The notes: generated by a model not told the origin, from the sequence alone. A stretch of 64,000 bases of DNA from Candidatus Nosocomiicoccus stercorigallinarum (GCA_019119225.1 DWXM01000017.1:22165-86164); one strand, 5' to 3'. Shown: positions 1-10,520, counted from the first letter of the stretch. Numbers and translations are program-made.

Positions 1-934
1 TATCTGGTTGTATTTTTTTAACATTTTCCATTTGGCGATTATTTTTATATCGTTTCGTTTTAATTTTAGAGCGTATTTCCTCAACAACCTCATCAGGAAT
101 GTTTTTAGCATTGTAGTAATGTCGTAAGTTTTTCTTTAATTGGGCGACACTGCTAATGCCTTGAACGATAACCACATTTTTATCGATTAAATATTTATAA
201 GCAATCTCTTCAAGAGGATAACCGTATTCTCTTATCATAATGATTATTTCTCTTAACTCATCAACTGAATATCCCATATAACCATGTTTAAATTTTGTTT
301 TTAACGCATCATCATACTCTTCTGTTAAAAGACCTTGCATAAGAGGTCCACGTGCTAAAAATGTATAATTATCGTCTAAGTATTCTTCGCCTCGATTATC
401 GATAATATTTAGCGGTGTCATTAAAACAGATAGATGACTATTTTCTTTATAATAGTCGATGACATTTTTTCTCGTTGTCGATATTCCATAACTTTTAATA
501 TGACCATCATTTTTTAAAGATTCGAACGCTGAAATCGTATCATCCATGTTATCGTGTATCGTCCCACCATGAAGCATTAATAAGTCAATAACATCTCTAG
601 AGAGTCTAAGTTTAGACTGGTTAACCGCTTGCTTAATATAATCACCATTTGGATTCCATCTTATTTTTTCTCTTAGCGCTGAATCAAATTCATTTCCTAC
701 TTTTGTCCCGATTATATAATCAAAAAATTGACCATAGTCATGAAGAAATGATCCAATGACAGCTTCGTTTTTACCATATTGGTATAAATCAGCTGTATCA
801 AAGTAGTTTATTCCCTCTTCAAAAGATAATCTAATAATATCACTAAGTTCTTCACGATTATCAAGTGGTAACGTCATACATCCTAAGGCAAATTGAGAAA
901 TGGACTGGTTATCTTTCGTTACAAAATATTTCAA
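1..934 (-). CDS. Aldo/keto reductase (YqkF-like), 3' end runs off the window
   Basis: Manual translation: TTG at 934 after an AGGTG RBS gives MKYFVTKDNQSISQFALGCMTL...; GINYFDTADLY, GTKVGN and IDLLMLHGG are AKR motifs. No stop before base 1. Divergent from nudF as in Bacillales. Confidence 0.85.
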   Translation of the reverse strand, partial: MKYFVTKDNQSISQFALGCMTLPLDNREELSDIIRLSFEEGINYFDTADLYQYGKNEAVIGSFLHDYGQFFDYIIGTKVGNEFDSALREKIRWNPNGDYIKQAVNQSKLRLSRDVIDLLMLHGGTIHDNMDDTISAFESLKNDGHIKSYGISTTRKNVIDYYKENSHLSVLMTPLNIIDNRGEEYLDDNYTFLARGPLMQGLLTEEYDDALKTKFKHGYMGYSVDELREIIIMIREYGYPLEEIAYKYLIDKNVVIVQGISSVAQLKKNLRHYYNAKNIPDEVVEEIRSKIKTKRYKNNRQMENVKKIQPD

Positions 935-1015
935 AATATCACACCTAACGTTTACAATTAATATATAAATAATTATAGCTTAAAAAATGTTTTGAATATA
1001 GTGAGGTATATAATT

Positions 1016-1567
1016 ATGAATCAAAATAATGAACAATTAATTGAAAAGAAGTTATCTAAAAAAGATATTTATAACGGAAAAATTATTGACGTTAATGTAT
1101 ACGACGTAGAGCTTCCAAATGGTGAAGCAAGTAAACGTGAAGTCGTATACCATCAAGGTGCTGTTGGAATAATTGCAGTGCATGATGGTTATATGTATTT
1201 CGTAAAACAGTATCGAATCGCAACTGAAGAAGTATTACTCGAAATTCCTGCTGGTAAAATCGAGCCAGAAGACGATGCAGAGAAAACAGCATTTAAAGAA
1301 TTAAAAGAAGAAACAGGACTAGTTGCAGAAGATGTAAAAAAACTTCATGAATTTTATGTATCACCTGGATTCTCAAATGAGAAGATTCATTTATTTGAAG
1401 CAAAAGGTCTATCATTAAATCAGCAGCAATTAGATGACGATGAGTTTTTAGAATTGGAGAAAATTGAATTATCTCAGTTAGAAGAGAAACTGAGAAATGG
1501 TACTTTTAAAGATGCAAAAACAGTTGTTGGTGTACAGCATGTTCTATATTCAAATGATTATAAATAA
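1016..1567 (+). CDS. nudF: ADP-ribose pyrophosphatase (Nudix)
   Basis: Nudix box GKIEPEDDAEKTAFKELKEETGL and SPGFSNE; ATG 1016 after GAGGT. Confidence 0.92.
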   Translation: MNQNNEQLIEKKLSKKDIYNGKIIDVNVYDVELPNGEASKREVVYHQGAVGIIAVHDGYMYFVKQYRIATEEVLLEIPAGKIEPEDDAEKTAFKELKEETGLVAEDVKKLHEFYVSPGFSNEKIHLFEAKGLSLNQQQLDDDEFLELEKIELSQLEEKLRNGTFKDAKTVVGVQHVLYSNDYK

Positions 1568-1616
1568 AGGAGTGATTTATTGATTTTATTTAAACTATTT
1601 TAAATAAGCACCATTT

Positions 1617-1631
1617 CTAGTATAATTATGA
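1617..1631 (+). promoter_or_regulatory. Putative PerR-like box overlapping the fur -10 (TATAAT 1621-1626)
   Basis: CTAGTATAATTATGA matches TTATAATnATTATAA at 10/14 positions; fur is PerR-regulated in B. subtilis and S. aureus. Confidence 0.35.
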
Positions 1632-1652
1632 GTGAAAATCGGAGTGGTGCAA

Positions 1653-2108
1653 GTGAAATCGAAAATGAATACAGTAAAAGAACAATTACATAAATCAGGT
1701 TATAAACTCACACCTCAAAGAGAAGTGACGCTTAGTGTTCTTTTAGAAAATAAAAGTAAACATTTAAGTGCTGAAGATATATTTCAGCGTGTAAAAGAAC
1801 AATATCCAGAAATTGGACTTGCGACAGTTTATAGAACGTTAGAGTTACTTTACGATTTAAAAATTATTGATAAAGCAAACTTCGGTGATGGTGTGTCTCG
1901 TTATGATTTTAAACAATCAGGCGCAAAACATTATAACCATCACTTAATTTGTGTAAATTGTGGTAAGGTCATTGAAGTTGAAGACGATTTACTTTATGAC
2001 GTTGAAAAGATAGTTGAACATGATTATAAGTTTAAAGTGTTAAATCATCGTTTAACGTTTCATGGTGTTTGTAGAGAGTGTCAATTAAAGGATGAATCAA
2101 ATGAATAA
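1653..2108 (+). CDS. fur: Ferric uptake regulator
   Basis: KLTPQR, GLATVYRTLELL, HHLICVNCG and GVCRECQ motifs; position between nudF and xerD; start (GTG 1653 or ATG 1665) uncertain. Confidence 0.95.
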   Translation: MKSKMNTVKEQLHKSGYKLTPQREVTLSVLLENKSKHLSAEDIFQRVKEQYPEIGLATVYRTLELLYDLKIIDKANFGDGVSRYDFKQSGAKHYNHHLICVNCGKVIEVEDDLLYDVEKIVEHDYKFKVLNHRLTFHGVCRECQLKDESNE

Positions 2109-2994
2109 TGAAAACGAAAGAGACGTTCAAGATTATTTATCTTTTTTAAAGATTGAAAAAGGCTTATCAGAAAGTACTTTAGATTCTTATAAACAAGATC
2201 TAGTGCTATATCAAAACTTTTTAGAAGAACGTCAATTAACATTTAATACAATTACGCCGACAGACATTATTCAATTTTTAAAAGTTGAAAAAGAAAAAGG
2301 AAAACGTTCAAAAACACTTGCCCGTTTACAATCTACTTTAAAAAACTTCCATCAATTTTTAATTAATGATGGGAAGACTGAGAAAAATCCTGCAGCTTTA
2401 TTAAATAGTATTAAAGTAGAACAAACGTTGCCAGATAGTTTATCAATTGAAGAAATGGAGATACTTTTAAATACTCCTGAACAAACAACAGCAGGTATAC
2501 GAGACAAAGTGATGATGGAACTATTATATGGTACAGGTATTCGAGTATCAGAATTAATCGATATGAAGACGTTAGACGTTAACTCTGAGATGGGTTTTAT
2601 TTCTGTTATGGGTAAAGGTCAAAAAGAAAGAATTATCCCAATTACTGATTATGTTGCAGGGTTACTTAGAGAATATATTGAAAATACTCGTATAGAATTG
2701 TTAAAATCAAATGATATAGATGCTTTATTTATAACAAATAGAGGAAAGCCATTTTCTAGACAGGGTGTCTGGAAAATGATTAAAAAGTATGGTCAAATGA
2801 GTGGTGTGTTAAAGAATATAACACCACACACATTTAGACATACATTTGCAACACATTTAATTGAGAATGGTGCAGATCTTAGAATTGTCCAAGAATTGCT
2901 TGGTCATACGGATATTGCAACTACACAAATTTACACACATTTATCTAAGAAATCTGTAAAAGAGATGTACGATAAGTTTCATCCTCGAAAATAA
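2101..2994 (+). CDS. xerD: Site-specific tyrosine recombinase XerD (RipX)
   Basis: [24 protein letters not shown] and LLGH..TTQIYTH motifs; synteny. Confidence 0.95.
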   Translation: MNNENERDVQDYLSFLKIEKGLSESTLDSYKQDLVLYQNFLEERQLTFNTITPTDIIQFLKVEKEKGKRSKTLARLQSTLKNFHQFLINDGKTEKNPAALLNSIKVEQTLPDSLSIEEMEILLNTPEQTTAGIRDKVMMELLYGTGIRVSELIDMKTLDVNSEMGFISVMGKGQKERIIPITDYVAGLLREYIENTRIELLKSNDIDALFITNRGKPFSRQGVWKMIKKYGQMSGVLKNITPHTFRHTFATHLIENGADLRIVQELLGHTDIATTQIYTHLSKKSVKEMYDKFHPRK

Positions 2995-3011
2995 AGGAAG
3001 AAGGTTTAATA

Positions 3012-4184
3012 ATGTTTAATAGAATACATTTAGTTGTATTAGATTCTGTAGGAATTGGTGAAGCAAAGGACGCGGAAGAGTTTGGTGACATTGGTGCGCA
3101 CACGTTAAAACACGCACTACAGTCTAAAGATGTAAAGCTACCAAACTTAGAAAAATTAGGTTTAGGTTGTATCGATGACTTGCCAAACCTGAATTGCGTT
3201 AATGAAAGTAAAGCTTTTTACACTAAAATGAGTGAAATTTCTCGTGGTAAAGATACGATGACTGGTCACTGGGAAATTGCTGGACTTAATATTAAAACAC
3301 CATTTAAAACATATCCAAATGGATTCCCAGAAGAACTCATCCGTCAAATTGAAGAAAAAACAAATCGTAAAGTTGTATGTAACTTACCTTATTCTGGGAC
3401 AGATGTAATTGATGATTACGGTGAAGAACATATGGAGTCAGGCAATATCATCGTTTATACATCTGCAGACCCTGTTTTACAAATTGCAGCACATGAAGAT
3501 ATCATTCCGGTAGATGAGTTATACGATATTTGTGAAACTGTACGTGAGATTACATTATCGGAAGAATTTTTAGTTGGACGTGTGATTGCTCGACCATTCA
3601 TTGGAGAAGGAAAAGGGGAATTTACACGTACTGAAAATCGCCATGACTATGCATTAAGTCCATTTGAACCGACAGTTTTAGATGCTCTGAAAGAAAATGA
3701 CTACACAGTTTATGCTGTTGGTAAAATCAATGACATCTTTAACAGTCAAGGAATTACAGATATGGTTCGTACAAAAAATAATATGGATGGTGTTGATAAG
3801 CTACTAGACGTTATGGATAAAGATTTTAAAGGCTTATCATTTACTAACTTAGTCGATTTTGATGCGGTATATGGTCACAGAAGAGATAGTAAAGGTTATG
3901 CGAATGCCTTAAAAGAATTTGACGACCGCTTACCAGAAATATCAGATAAATTAGACGATAACGATTTATTAATTATCACTGCAGATCACGGAAACGATCC
4001 AACGTTTAAAGGAACAGATCATACACGTGAATATGTTCCGTTACTCGTAACATCTAAACAAGATTTAGACTTTAAAGAAATCAAAGCTCGTGATTCATAC
4101 AGCGACGTCGCAGCTACAATTGCAGAGAACTTTGATGTTTCATTTAAGACACATGGAGAAAGCTTCTTAGGAGAATTAAAATAG
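3012..4184 (+). CDS. deoB: Phosphopentomutase
   Basis: [44 protein letters not shown]. Confidence 0.96.
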   Translation: MFNRIHLVVLDSVGIGEAKDAEEFGDIGAHTLKHALQSKDVKLPNLEKLGLGCIDDLPNLNCVNESKAFYTKMSEISRGKDTMTGHWEIAGLNIKTPFKTYPNGFPEELIRQIEEKTNRKVVCNLPYSGTDVIDDYGEEHMESGNIIVYTSADPVLQIAAHEDIIPVDELYDICETVREITLSEEFLVGRVIARPFIGEGKGEFTRTENRHDYALSPFEPTVLDALKENDYTVYAVGKINDIFNSQGITDMVRTKNNMDGVDKLLDVMDKDFKGLSFTNLVDFDAVYGHRRDSKGYANALKEFDDRLPEISDKLDDNDLLIITADHGNDPTFKGTDHTREYVPLLVTSKQDLDFKEIKARDSYSDVAATIAENFDVSFKTHGESFLGELK

Positions 4185-4271
4185 ATGAATAAATCAAAAA
4201 TATTCTTATTTTTATTTATTTTAATCGTTTCACTTATATGGGGCTATGTGTACTGGATGTACGTCGTCTAA
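4185..4271 (+). CDS. Unannotated 28-aa single-TM small protein MNKSKIFLFLFILIVSLIWGYVYWMYVV
   Basis: ATG directly after the deoB stop, GGAG upstream, fills the gap up to a terminator; basic N-terminus plus hydrophobic helix. Confidence 0.6.
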   Translation: MNKSKIFLFLFILIVSLIWGYVYWMYVV

Positions 4272-4298
4272 GACTAAACGTTATGTTTAGTCTTTTTT
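4271..4298 (+). terminator. Intrinsic terminator after deoB and the small ORF
   Basis: AGACTAAAC-gttat-GTTTAGTCT followed by a T-run. Confidence 0.85.
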
Positions 4299-4323
4299 CA
4301 TTATAGAGTTGGAGGTATATAGG

Positions 4324-5040
4324 ATGGAAGGTTATGAGGTTAAGCTCGATGCGTTTCACGGGCCACTTGATTTACTATTACATTTAATTAAAGAACTTGA
4401 AATTGATATCTATGATATACCGATGAGTGTTCTTACTGAGCAGTATATGAATTATATTCAAAAGATGAACGCCCTAGAAATTAATGTTGCCAGCGAATAT
4501 TTAGTGATGGCAAGTGAATTGTTAAGAATTAAAAGCAAAATGTTACTACCAGAACCTCCATTAGAAGAATTTGATGAAGATCCAAGGGAAGAGCTAGTGA
4601 CTCAGTTACTTGATTACCAAAACTATAAAATGTACTCTGAGGAATTAAGGCAATTAAAAGAAGAAGCTGAAAAGTATTTAGTAAAAGCACCACATGAATT
4701 TGATGAGGTTTATGTCAATGAAGAGCTGTCGATTACTTTATCTGAATTAATGGACGCATATAACAAAGTAAGACAAAGAGTAGAGGTGCAGTCATCTACA
4801 AGTTTTATAGAATCTGAATCGTATACACATGAAGATGCAGTTTCATTTTTACAAGATCAATTTAAACATTCGTCTAAATTATCTTTAACAGATTTGTTTT
4901 CAAAAGATGTAAAAAATCATCAAGTTGTTCAAGTGTTTTTAACATTGCTTGAATTTTTAAGTTTAAACATATTTAAAGTAGAAAATAATAACAATGAATA
5001 TATATTTACAAAACTAAAGGAACAAGAAGAATGGATTTAA
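4324..5040 (+). CDS. scpA: Segregation/condensation protein A
   Basis: FHGPLDLLLHLI, EYLVMASELLRIKSKMLLP. Confidence 0.95.
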   Translation: MEGYEVKLDAFHGPLDLLLHLIKELEIDIYDIPMSVLTEQYMNYIQKMNALEINVASEYLVMASELLRIKSKMLLPEPPLEEFDEDPREELVTQLLDYQNYKMYSEELRQLKEEAEKYLVKAPHEFDEVYVNEELSITLSELMDAYNKVRQRVEVQSSTSFIESESYTHEDAVSFLQDQFKHSSKLSLTDLFSKDVKNHQVVQVFLTLLEFLSLNIFKVENNNNEYIFTKLKEQEEWI

Positions 5041-5576
5041 AAAAGATTGATATTATTGAAGCGATGCTATACTTAGCAGGAGATATTGGTGTAAAAGAAT
5101 CTCTATTGATAAAGCACGTACCAATTACAACGAAAGAATTAGAAGAAGAAGTAAACAATTATAATAAGCCTCATTTTATGATTTTAAAATACGATGATAT
5201 ATATTATTTAAAAACGACACCTTTAGTTGAAGAGTATGTCGTAAAACTACTCGAAGAACGACCAAAAAACAAACTATCAAATCAAGCCTTGGAAGTATTG
5301 TCAATCATTGCGTATAATCAACCAGTAGCAAGAGGTGTTATTGAAGACTTAAGGGGTGTTTCACCCGATGGTCCAATTAATACGTTATTAAACAAATCTT
5401 TAATTGAAAGAGTTGCGATTAAAAATGATCGACGTACATTTTATAAAACAACGCAAACATTTTTAGAGGTTTTTGGACTAGAAACAATCAATGACTTACC
5501 AAGTGCTGATGAAATAGAAGAAGATGAACATATTGAACTATTTTTCAGTAATTTAAAAGGAGAAGATAATGAGTAA
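5031..5576 (+). CDS. scpB: Segregation/condensation protein B
   Basis: LSNQALEVLSIIAYNQPV, FLEVFGL..INDLP. Confidence 0.93.
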   Translation: MDLKKIDIIEAMLYLAGDIGVKESLLIKHVPITTKELEEEVNNYNKPHFMILKYDDIYYLKTTPLVEEYVVKLLEERPKNKLSNQALEVLSIIAYNQPVARGVIEDLRGVSPDGPINTLLNKSLIERVAIKNDRRTFYKTTQTFLEVFGLETINDLPSADEIEEDEHIELFFSNLKGEDNE

Positions 5577-6300
5577 AGTAAGATTAAATAAAAAAATTGC
5601 AGATGCTGGAATTACTTCAAGAAGAAAAGCGGAAACTTTAATATTAAATGGACAAGTGAAAGTAAATGATGAAGTGTGTAAAGAACTCGCAACTTTTGTT
5701 GGTCCAAAAGATAAAGTTCAAGTGAATGGTATTGAAATTGAAAATGAAGAGCCAATTTACATTCTATATCATAAACCGACTGGAGAAATTTCGACAGTAG
5801 AGGATGATAAAGATCGACGTACAGTCGTCGATAAATTCGACCACTTAAACACTAGAATTTATCCTGTTGGAAGACTTGACTATGATACGTCAGGCATTCT
5901 ACTTTTATCTAATGATGGCGAGTTTACAAATTATATGACACATCCACGTTACGAAGTAGAAAAAACATACCGTGTTAAAATCGATCGTAATTTATCTAGT
6001 GAAGAGTTAAAAGAATTAGAATACGGAATTATGTTAGAAGATGGGAAAACAGCACCAGCAAGAGTCGAAATTATTCGAGATAAGAAAAGTATGGACATGA
6101 TTGTTCAAATAACGATAATTGAAGGTAGAAATCACCAAGTAAGACGTATGTTTGAATACTTCGGTGCTGAAGTAAAAAAACTGAAACGAATCGGTTATGA
6201 CTTTTTAACAATCGAGGGAGTACCAACTGGTGATTATAGATTTTTAACGCCACACGAAGTGAAAAAGTTGATTGGTCATGCAAAAGCAGTTTCAAAATGA
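5569..6300 (+). CDS. rluB: 23S rRNA pseudouridine synthase B
   Basis: S4 domain, GRLDYDTSG, EGRNHQVRRM. Confidence 0.93.
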   Translation: MSKVRLNKKIADAGITSRRKAETLILNGQVKVNDEVCKELATFVGPKDKVQVNGIEIENEEPIYILYHKPTGEISTVEDDKDRRTVVDKFDHLNTRIYPVGRLDYDTSGILLLSNDGEFTNYMTHPRYEVEKTYRVKIDRNLSSEELKELEYGIMLEDGKTAPARVEIIRDKKSMDMIVQITIIEGRNHQVRRMFEYFGAEVKKLKRIGYDFLTIEGVPTGDYRFLTPHEVKKLIGHAKAVSK

Positions 6301-6305
6301 TTCAA

Positions 6306-6351
6306 ATTTGTCATATTTGTGACTAATCAGCTATTGATTTATTGTTATAAT
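6306..6351 (+). promoter_or_regulatory. res operon promoter: extended -10 (TGtTATAAT 6343-6351) with upstream ATTTGTCA/ATTTGTGA direct repeat (candidate ResD/SrrA site)
   Basis: Repeat at 6306-6322 resembles TTTGTGAAT-type ResD sites; the -35 is poor, which suggests activator dependence. Confidence 0.45.
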
Positions 6352-6382
6352 TTAATTATATATTTCTAGGAGGCTATAGCGA

Positions 6383-6916
6383 GTGAATAAGAAAGCGCGA
6401 AATATATTACGTATCACTATAATTGTAGGCATCGTTATTTTAACGGCTGCCACATTATGGTTTAACTTTAGTTCTAAAAATCAATCGACAAAAGTTGGTG
6501 ATACTGCGATTGACTTTAAATTAAAAACAACTGACGGTGAAGATGTTCACTTATATGATGTAACAAAAGATAAGGGTGTTATTTTAAACTTTTGGGGGAC
6601 TTGGTGCAAACCATGTCGTGAAGAAATGCCCGATTTAAACGAAGCTTATGTTACAGCTGATAATGATGATTTCGTTATTATTACTGTGAATGTATCTGAA
6701 AATAGTCAACAAATTAACCAATTCTTATCTGGTCTACCAGAGGAAATTAGTCTTCCAATGGCTATGGACAAAGATCGCAGTGTAACTCAAGAATATAATG
6801 TAGGCCCGCTACCTACAACAATTGCGGTTGATAAAAACAATAAAATTGTTAAAAAACAAGAATATCAGTTAACTAAAGAGGATATTCAAGACTTTATTAA
6901 CGAAGTAACAGATTAA
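6383..6916 (+). CDS. resA: Thiol-disulfide oxidoreductase ResA
   Basis: N-terminal TM, NFWGTWCKPC, GPLPTT. Confidence 0.93.
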   Translation: MNKKARNILRITIIVGIVILTAATLWFNFSSKNQSTKVGDTAIDFKLKTTDGEDVHLYDVTKDKGVILNFWGTWCKPCREEMPDLNEAYVTADNDDFVIITVNVSENSQQINQFLSGLPEEISLPMAMDKDRSVTQEYNVGPLPTTIAVDKNNKIVKKQEYQLTKEDIQDFINEVTD

Positions 6917-6927
6917 GGTGAGTGAAC

Positions 6928-8586
6928 ATGTCTAAAGAAAACGAATATATTGAATGTCCACATTGTGGGCATGTCAATCCACCAGGGACTCAACTTTGTC
7001 AGTCATGCGGGTTATTAATCAATGATGATTATGACAAAAAGAAAATAAAAGACGTTATGAGATATGATGGAAGTGCGGTCCGCTCTAAGGTAAAATCTTC
7101 ATCTTTATTTGATAAGATTTGGATATTCTTCACGTCCATTCGTAATGGTGTAATTATTATTGCCCTAATCGCAATTGCTTCAGCAATTGGTACAATTTTA
7201 CCTCAAGAGTATTTCATACCTGTAGGTGTTGATGCCGCAGATTATTATAAAGAGCATTATGGAACTTTTGGTACACTTTACTACAACTTAGGTTTCCATA
7301 ACTTATATTCTTCTTGGTGGTTTTTACTTTTAAATGCAATGCTCGCGTTATCAATTATTGCAGCATCGATTGACCGCGGCGTACCATTATTTAAATCTTT
7401 AAAAAATCAAGGTGTTAAAAAGCACCCATCCTACTACAAAAGACAACGAATATATTTACATAATGAAGAGGCATCAAAAGATGATGTAGAAAGTCTAGTC
7501 AAAGATTTAGAGAAAAAAAGATACAAGGTACGTAAAGAAGAGAATTCTTATTTACTTGAAAAAGGACGTCTCTCAAGATACGGTCCTTATATTAACCACA
7601 CTGGTCTTATAATATTACTAATCGGCAGTATGTTAAGATTCTTTCCAGGAATGTACTTAGATGAACTTGTATACGCACCAGAGGGTGAAACAGTCAAATT
7701 ACCTGGAACTGATAGTAAATATTATATTAAAAACGATGAATTTATTATTGATACGTATGATAAGGATGCAGGAACTGTTTTTGATAAGTCCCTAGAAAAT
7801 CAAGAAGCACTTGCGAGTAATTATCAAACCAATATTACATTTTATGAAAATGAAACTTCAGATATCGTCGGATCAGAGCCAGAATTAAAAGAAGTTGATC
7901 GTGCTGAAATTAAAGTAAATCATCCATTTAAATTTGATGGTTATCACTTATATCAATCAAGTTTTGATAATTCTGCAATGAAATCTATGACGTTTGAGAT
8001 TCAAGATGATGATGGGAATGTTATTTCTGAACCATTTGAAATTAACTTAAAAGACCCTGAAGAAGAATTTACAATTAAAGGCACAGATAATACGGACTTT
8101 GATATTCGTCTAAGAGCATACGCTCCAGATTTTCTAGAAATCGGTTCTAATGGTGGATTAATTTCACAGACTCCGGTCCCAAGAAATCCAGCATTTATTT
8201 TTGAAGTTAAAGACAATGATAATAATGAAGAGTATTCATTAATACAAATACAAGATACGACAGAAATAACAGAAGACAATATGTATAACGTTAAATTTGT
8301 ATCGATGGAAAATGAAATGTCTAGTGTTCTAACATTGAAAAAAGATAAAACATTGTTCTTAATTGCTTCAGGATTTATTATATTCCTAATTGGAGTGTTT
8401 ATTGGGTCTTATGTTAATCATAGACGTATATGGATTAACTCTGATAATGGTTTAACACTCGCTGCTCATACGAACCGAAATTACTATAGTATTTCAAAAG
8501 AAATTAATGAAATACTTGAAAAACGTAATTTAGGAGAAGTAGTAGACAGTGATTCTAAAGTTCATGATGAACGAATGAAAGGATAA
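6928..8586 (+). CDS. resB: Cytochrome c biogenesis protein ResB (system II)
   Basis: N-terminal CxxCGH..CxxCG, IGTILPQ, GPYINHTG, VNHP, YQSS. Confidence 0.93.
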   Translation: MSKENEYIECPHCGHVNPPGTQLCQSCGLLINDDYDKKKIKDVMRYDGSAVRSKVKSSSLFDKIWIFFTSIRNGVIIIALIAIASAIGTILPQEYFIPVGVDAADYYKEHYGTFGTLYYNLGFHNLYSSWWFLLLNAMLALSIIAASIDRGVPLFKSLKNQGVKKHPSYYKRQRIYLHNEEASKDDVESLVKDLEKKRYKVRKEENSYLLEKGRLSRYGPYINHTGLIILLIGSMLRFFPGMYLDELVYAPEGETVKLPGTDSKYYIKNDEFIIDTYDKDAGTVFDKSLENQEALASNYQTNITFYENETSDIVGSEPELKEVDRAEIKVNHPFKFDGYHLYQSSFDNSAMKSMTFEIQDDDGNVISEPFEINLKDPEEEFTIKGTDNTDFDIRLRAYAPDFLEIGSNGGLISQTPVPRNPAFIFEVKDNDNNEEYSLIQIQDTTEITEDNMYNVKFVSMENEMSSVLTLKKDKTLFLIASGFIIFLIGVFIGSYVNHRRIWINSDNGLTLAAHTNRNYYSISKEINEILEKRNLGEVVDSDSKVHDERMKG

Positions 8587-8591
8587 TATTT

Positions 8592-9797
8592 ATGTCAGAT
8601 CATTTATTTTTACAAATCAGTAATATATCTATTTATATCGGCTTTATATTACTGCTAATTTCGCTTATTCCACTCGGTATGAGCATTAGCTCTAAAAGAT
8701 CTTCTAAATATGCAAATATCGCAGTATGGATAGTTACAATCGCATTTATTTTAGAGCTAGCTTACTTTATATTTAGATGGCTAGCGACTGGACATGCACC
8801 GGTGTCAAACTTATTTGAGTTTATTGCAATGTTCTCAATTATGCTTATATTTGGTTATCTCGTCACTTACCATTACTATAAAACGAAAGTCTTTGGATTA
8901 TTTGCAATCCCTATTTCGTTATTATTACTTGGATATGGTGCACTTTTCTCAACAGATGTTGCACCATTAATCCCAGCACTACAAAGTAACTGGTTAGCTA
9001 TTCACGTAATCACAGTAACAATTTCATACGGTATTTTATCTATGAGTGCAGTTGCAGGAATTATTTACTTAATAAAAATTGTACCAGCAGATGAAAAGTC
9101 ATGGAGAACATTTTTCTTAGAAGGTATTTCTTATTTTGTCATTGTTATCTTTACATTTATGATAATGATGATTGTTATGAGAGGTATTGTGAATTATGAA
9201 GCTGATTTCTATTATGTAAATCAACAGGGTGAAGAAGAAGTTGTAACATATCACTTACCGAGCTTAGTAAATTATGACGATGCAATTCCTGTTAAAAATA
9301 TCGGTGGAAATGAATATGACAAGGCTGATCATTTTACAACTGGCATTGAATTACCACCAATTATAAAAGCACACTCATTAAACACAGTCATTTGGTCAGT
9401 TGGTGTTGGCTTAATTATTTATGGTTTACTTCGTTTAATAGCTAGAAGAAGACTCTATACGTTATTTAAGCCTCTTGCTAATAAAGCAGATTTAAACTTA
9501 ATGGACGACATTGGTTACCGTTCAGTAATTATCGGCTTCCCATTATTTGCATTAGGTGGACTATTCTTTGCTGCAATATGGGCACAAGCTGCATGGAGTA
9601 GATTCTGGGGATGGGACCCTAAAGAAACATGGGCTTTTATAACGTTTATGTTCTACACAATTTTTCTACACTTACGTATCAATAGAGGTTATGAGGGTGA
9701 AAAATCTGCATGGCTAGCTGTCGCTGGATTCTTCTTAATACTCTTTAACTTAGTTGCGATTAACCTAATTGTTGCAGGTCTACATTCATACGCTTAA
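8592..9797 (+). CDS. resC: Cytochrome c biogenesis protein ResC/CcsA
   Basis: WAQAAWSRFWGWDPKETW (WWD domain), GLHSYA. Confidence 0.95.
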   Translation: MSDHLFLQISNISIYIGFILLLISLIPLGMSISSKRSSKYANIAVWIVTIAFILELAYFIFRWLATGHAPVSNLFEFIAMFSIMLIFGYLVTYHYYKTKVFGLFAIPISLLLLGYGALFSTDVAPLIPALQSNWLAIHVITVTISYGILSMSAVAGIIYLIKIVPADEKSWRTFFLEGISYFVIVIFTFMIMMIVMRGIVNYEADFYYVNQQGEEEVVTYHLPSLVNYDDAIPVKNIGGNEYDKADHFTTGIELPPIIKAHSLNTVIWSVGVGLIIYGLLRLIARRRLYTLFKPLANKADLNLMDDIGYRSVIIGFPLFALGGLFFAAIWAQAAWSRFWGWDPKETWAFITFMFYTIFLHLRINRGYEGEKSAWLAVAGFFLILFNLVAINLIVAGLHSYA

Positions 9798-9809
9798 AGG
9801 AGGGATTAT

Positions 9810-10520
9810 ATGTCTAAACGTAAGATTTTAGTTGTCGATGACGAAGAAAGAATTCGAAAACTCGTTATACTTTACTTAGAAACAGATGATTTTGAAGTTT
9901 CTGAAGCAGAAAATGGAGAAGAAGCTTTAGAACTTGCGTTAAATGAAGATTTTGATTTAATCATTTTAGATATTATGATGCCAGGTAAAGATGGTATTGA
10001 AGTAACTAAAGAGTTAAGACAACATAAATCCACTCCAATTCTTTTACTCACAGCAAAAAGTGAAGAGAATGATATTTTAGAAGGCTTTGAGGCTGGAGCA
10101 GATGATTATGTAAAAAAACCTTTCTCACCAAGAGAAGTACTTCAAAGAACAAAAGCAATATTAAAGCGATCATCTGAAACAGCATATATGAAATTTGATA
10201 CAAATAATCGTGATATAATAATTTTTGAACATTTAGAGATTGATAATGATGCACACCGAGTAACTGTTGATGGACAATATGTCAATTTAACACCGAAAGA
10301 ATATGAATTACTATTATTTTTAGCTGAAAATCCGGATAAAGTATTTGATCGTAAAGAATTATTAAAAGAGGTCTGGAAATATGAGTTCTATGGTGATTTA
10401 AGAACTGTAGATACTCATATTAAACGGTTAAGAGAAAAATTAAGTGATGTATCAGTAGATGCAAGCTTAATGATTCAAACTGTCTGGGGAATTGGTTATA
10501 AATTCGTGGTTTCTGAATGA
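9810..10520 (+). CDS. resD: Response regulator ResD/SrrA
   Basis: OmpR family, VVDDEERIR, WKYEFYGDLRTVDTHIKRLREKL. Confidence 0.95.
   Translation: MSKRKILVVDDEERIRKLVILYLETDDFEVSEAENGEEALELALNEDFDLIILDIMMPGKDGIEVTKELRQHKSTPILLLTAKSEENDILEGFEAGADDYVKKPFSPREVLQRTKAILKRSSETAYMKFDTNNRDIIIFEHLEIDNDAHRVTVDGQYVNLTPKEYELLLFLAENPDKVFDRKELLKEVWKYEFYGDLRTVDTHIKRLREKLSDVSVDASLMIQTVWGIGYKFVVSE

Noticed and set aside
2101-2994. Tyrosine recombinase as a prophage or island integrase
   Set aside because: It is housekeeping XerD in its conserved fur-xerD-deoB position, with no att sites or cargo.
6928-7020. Zinc-ribbon-like CxxC..CxxC at the ResB N-terminus
   Set aside because: A similar motif is present in Bacillus ResB, so it is a family feature.
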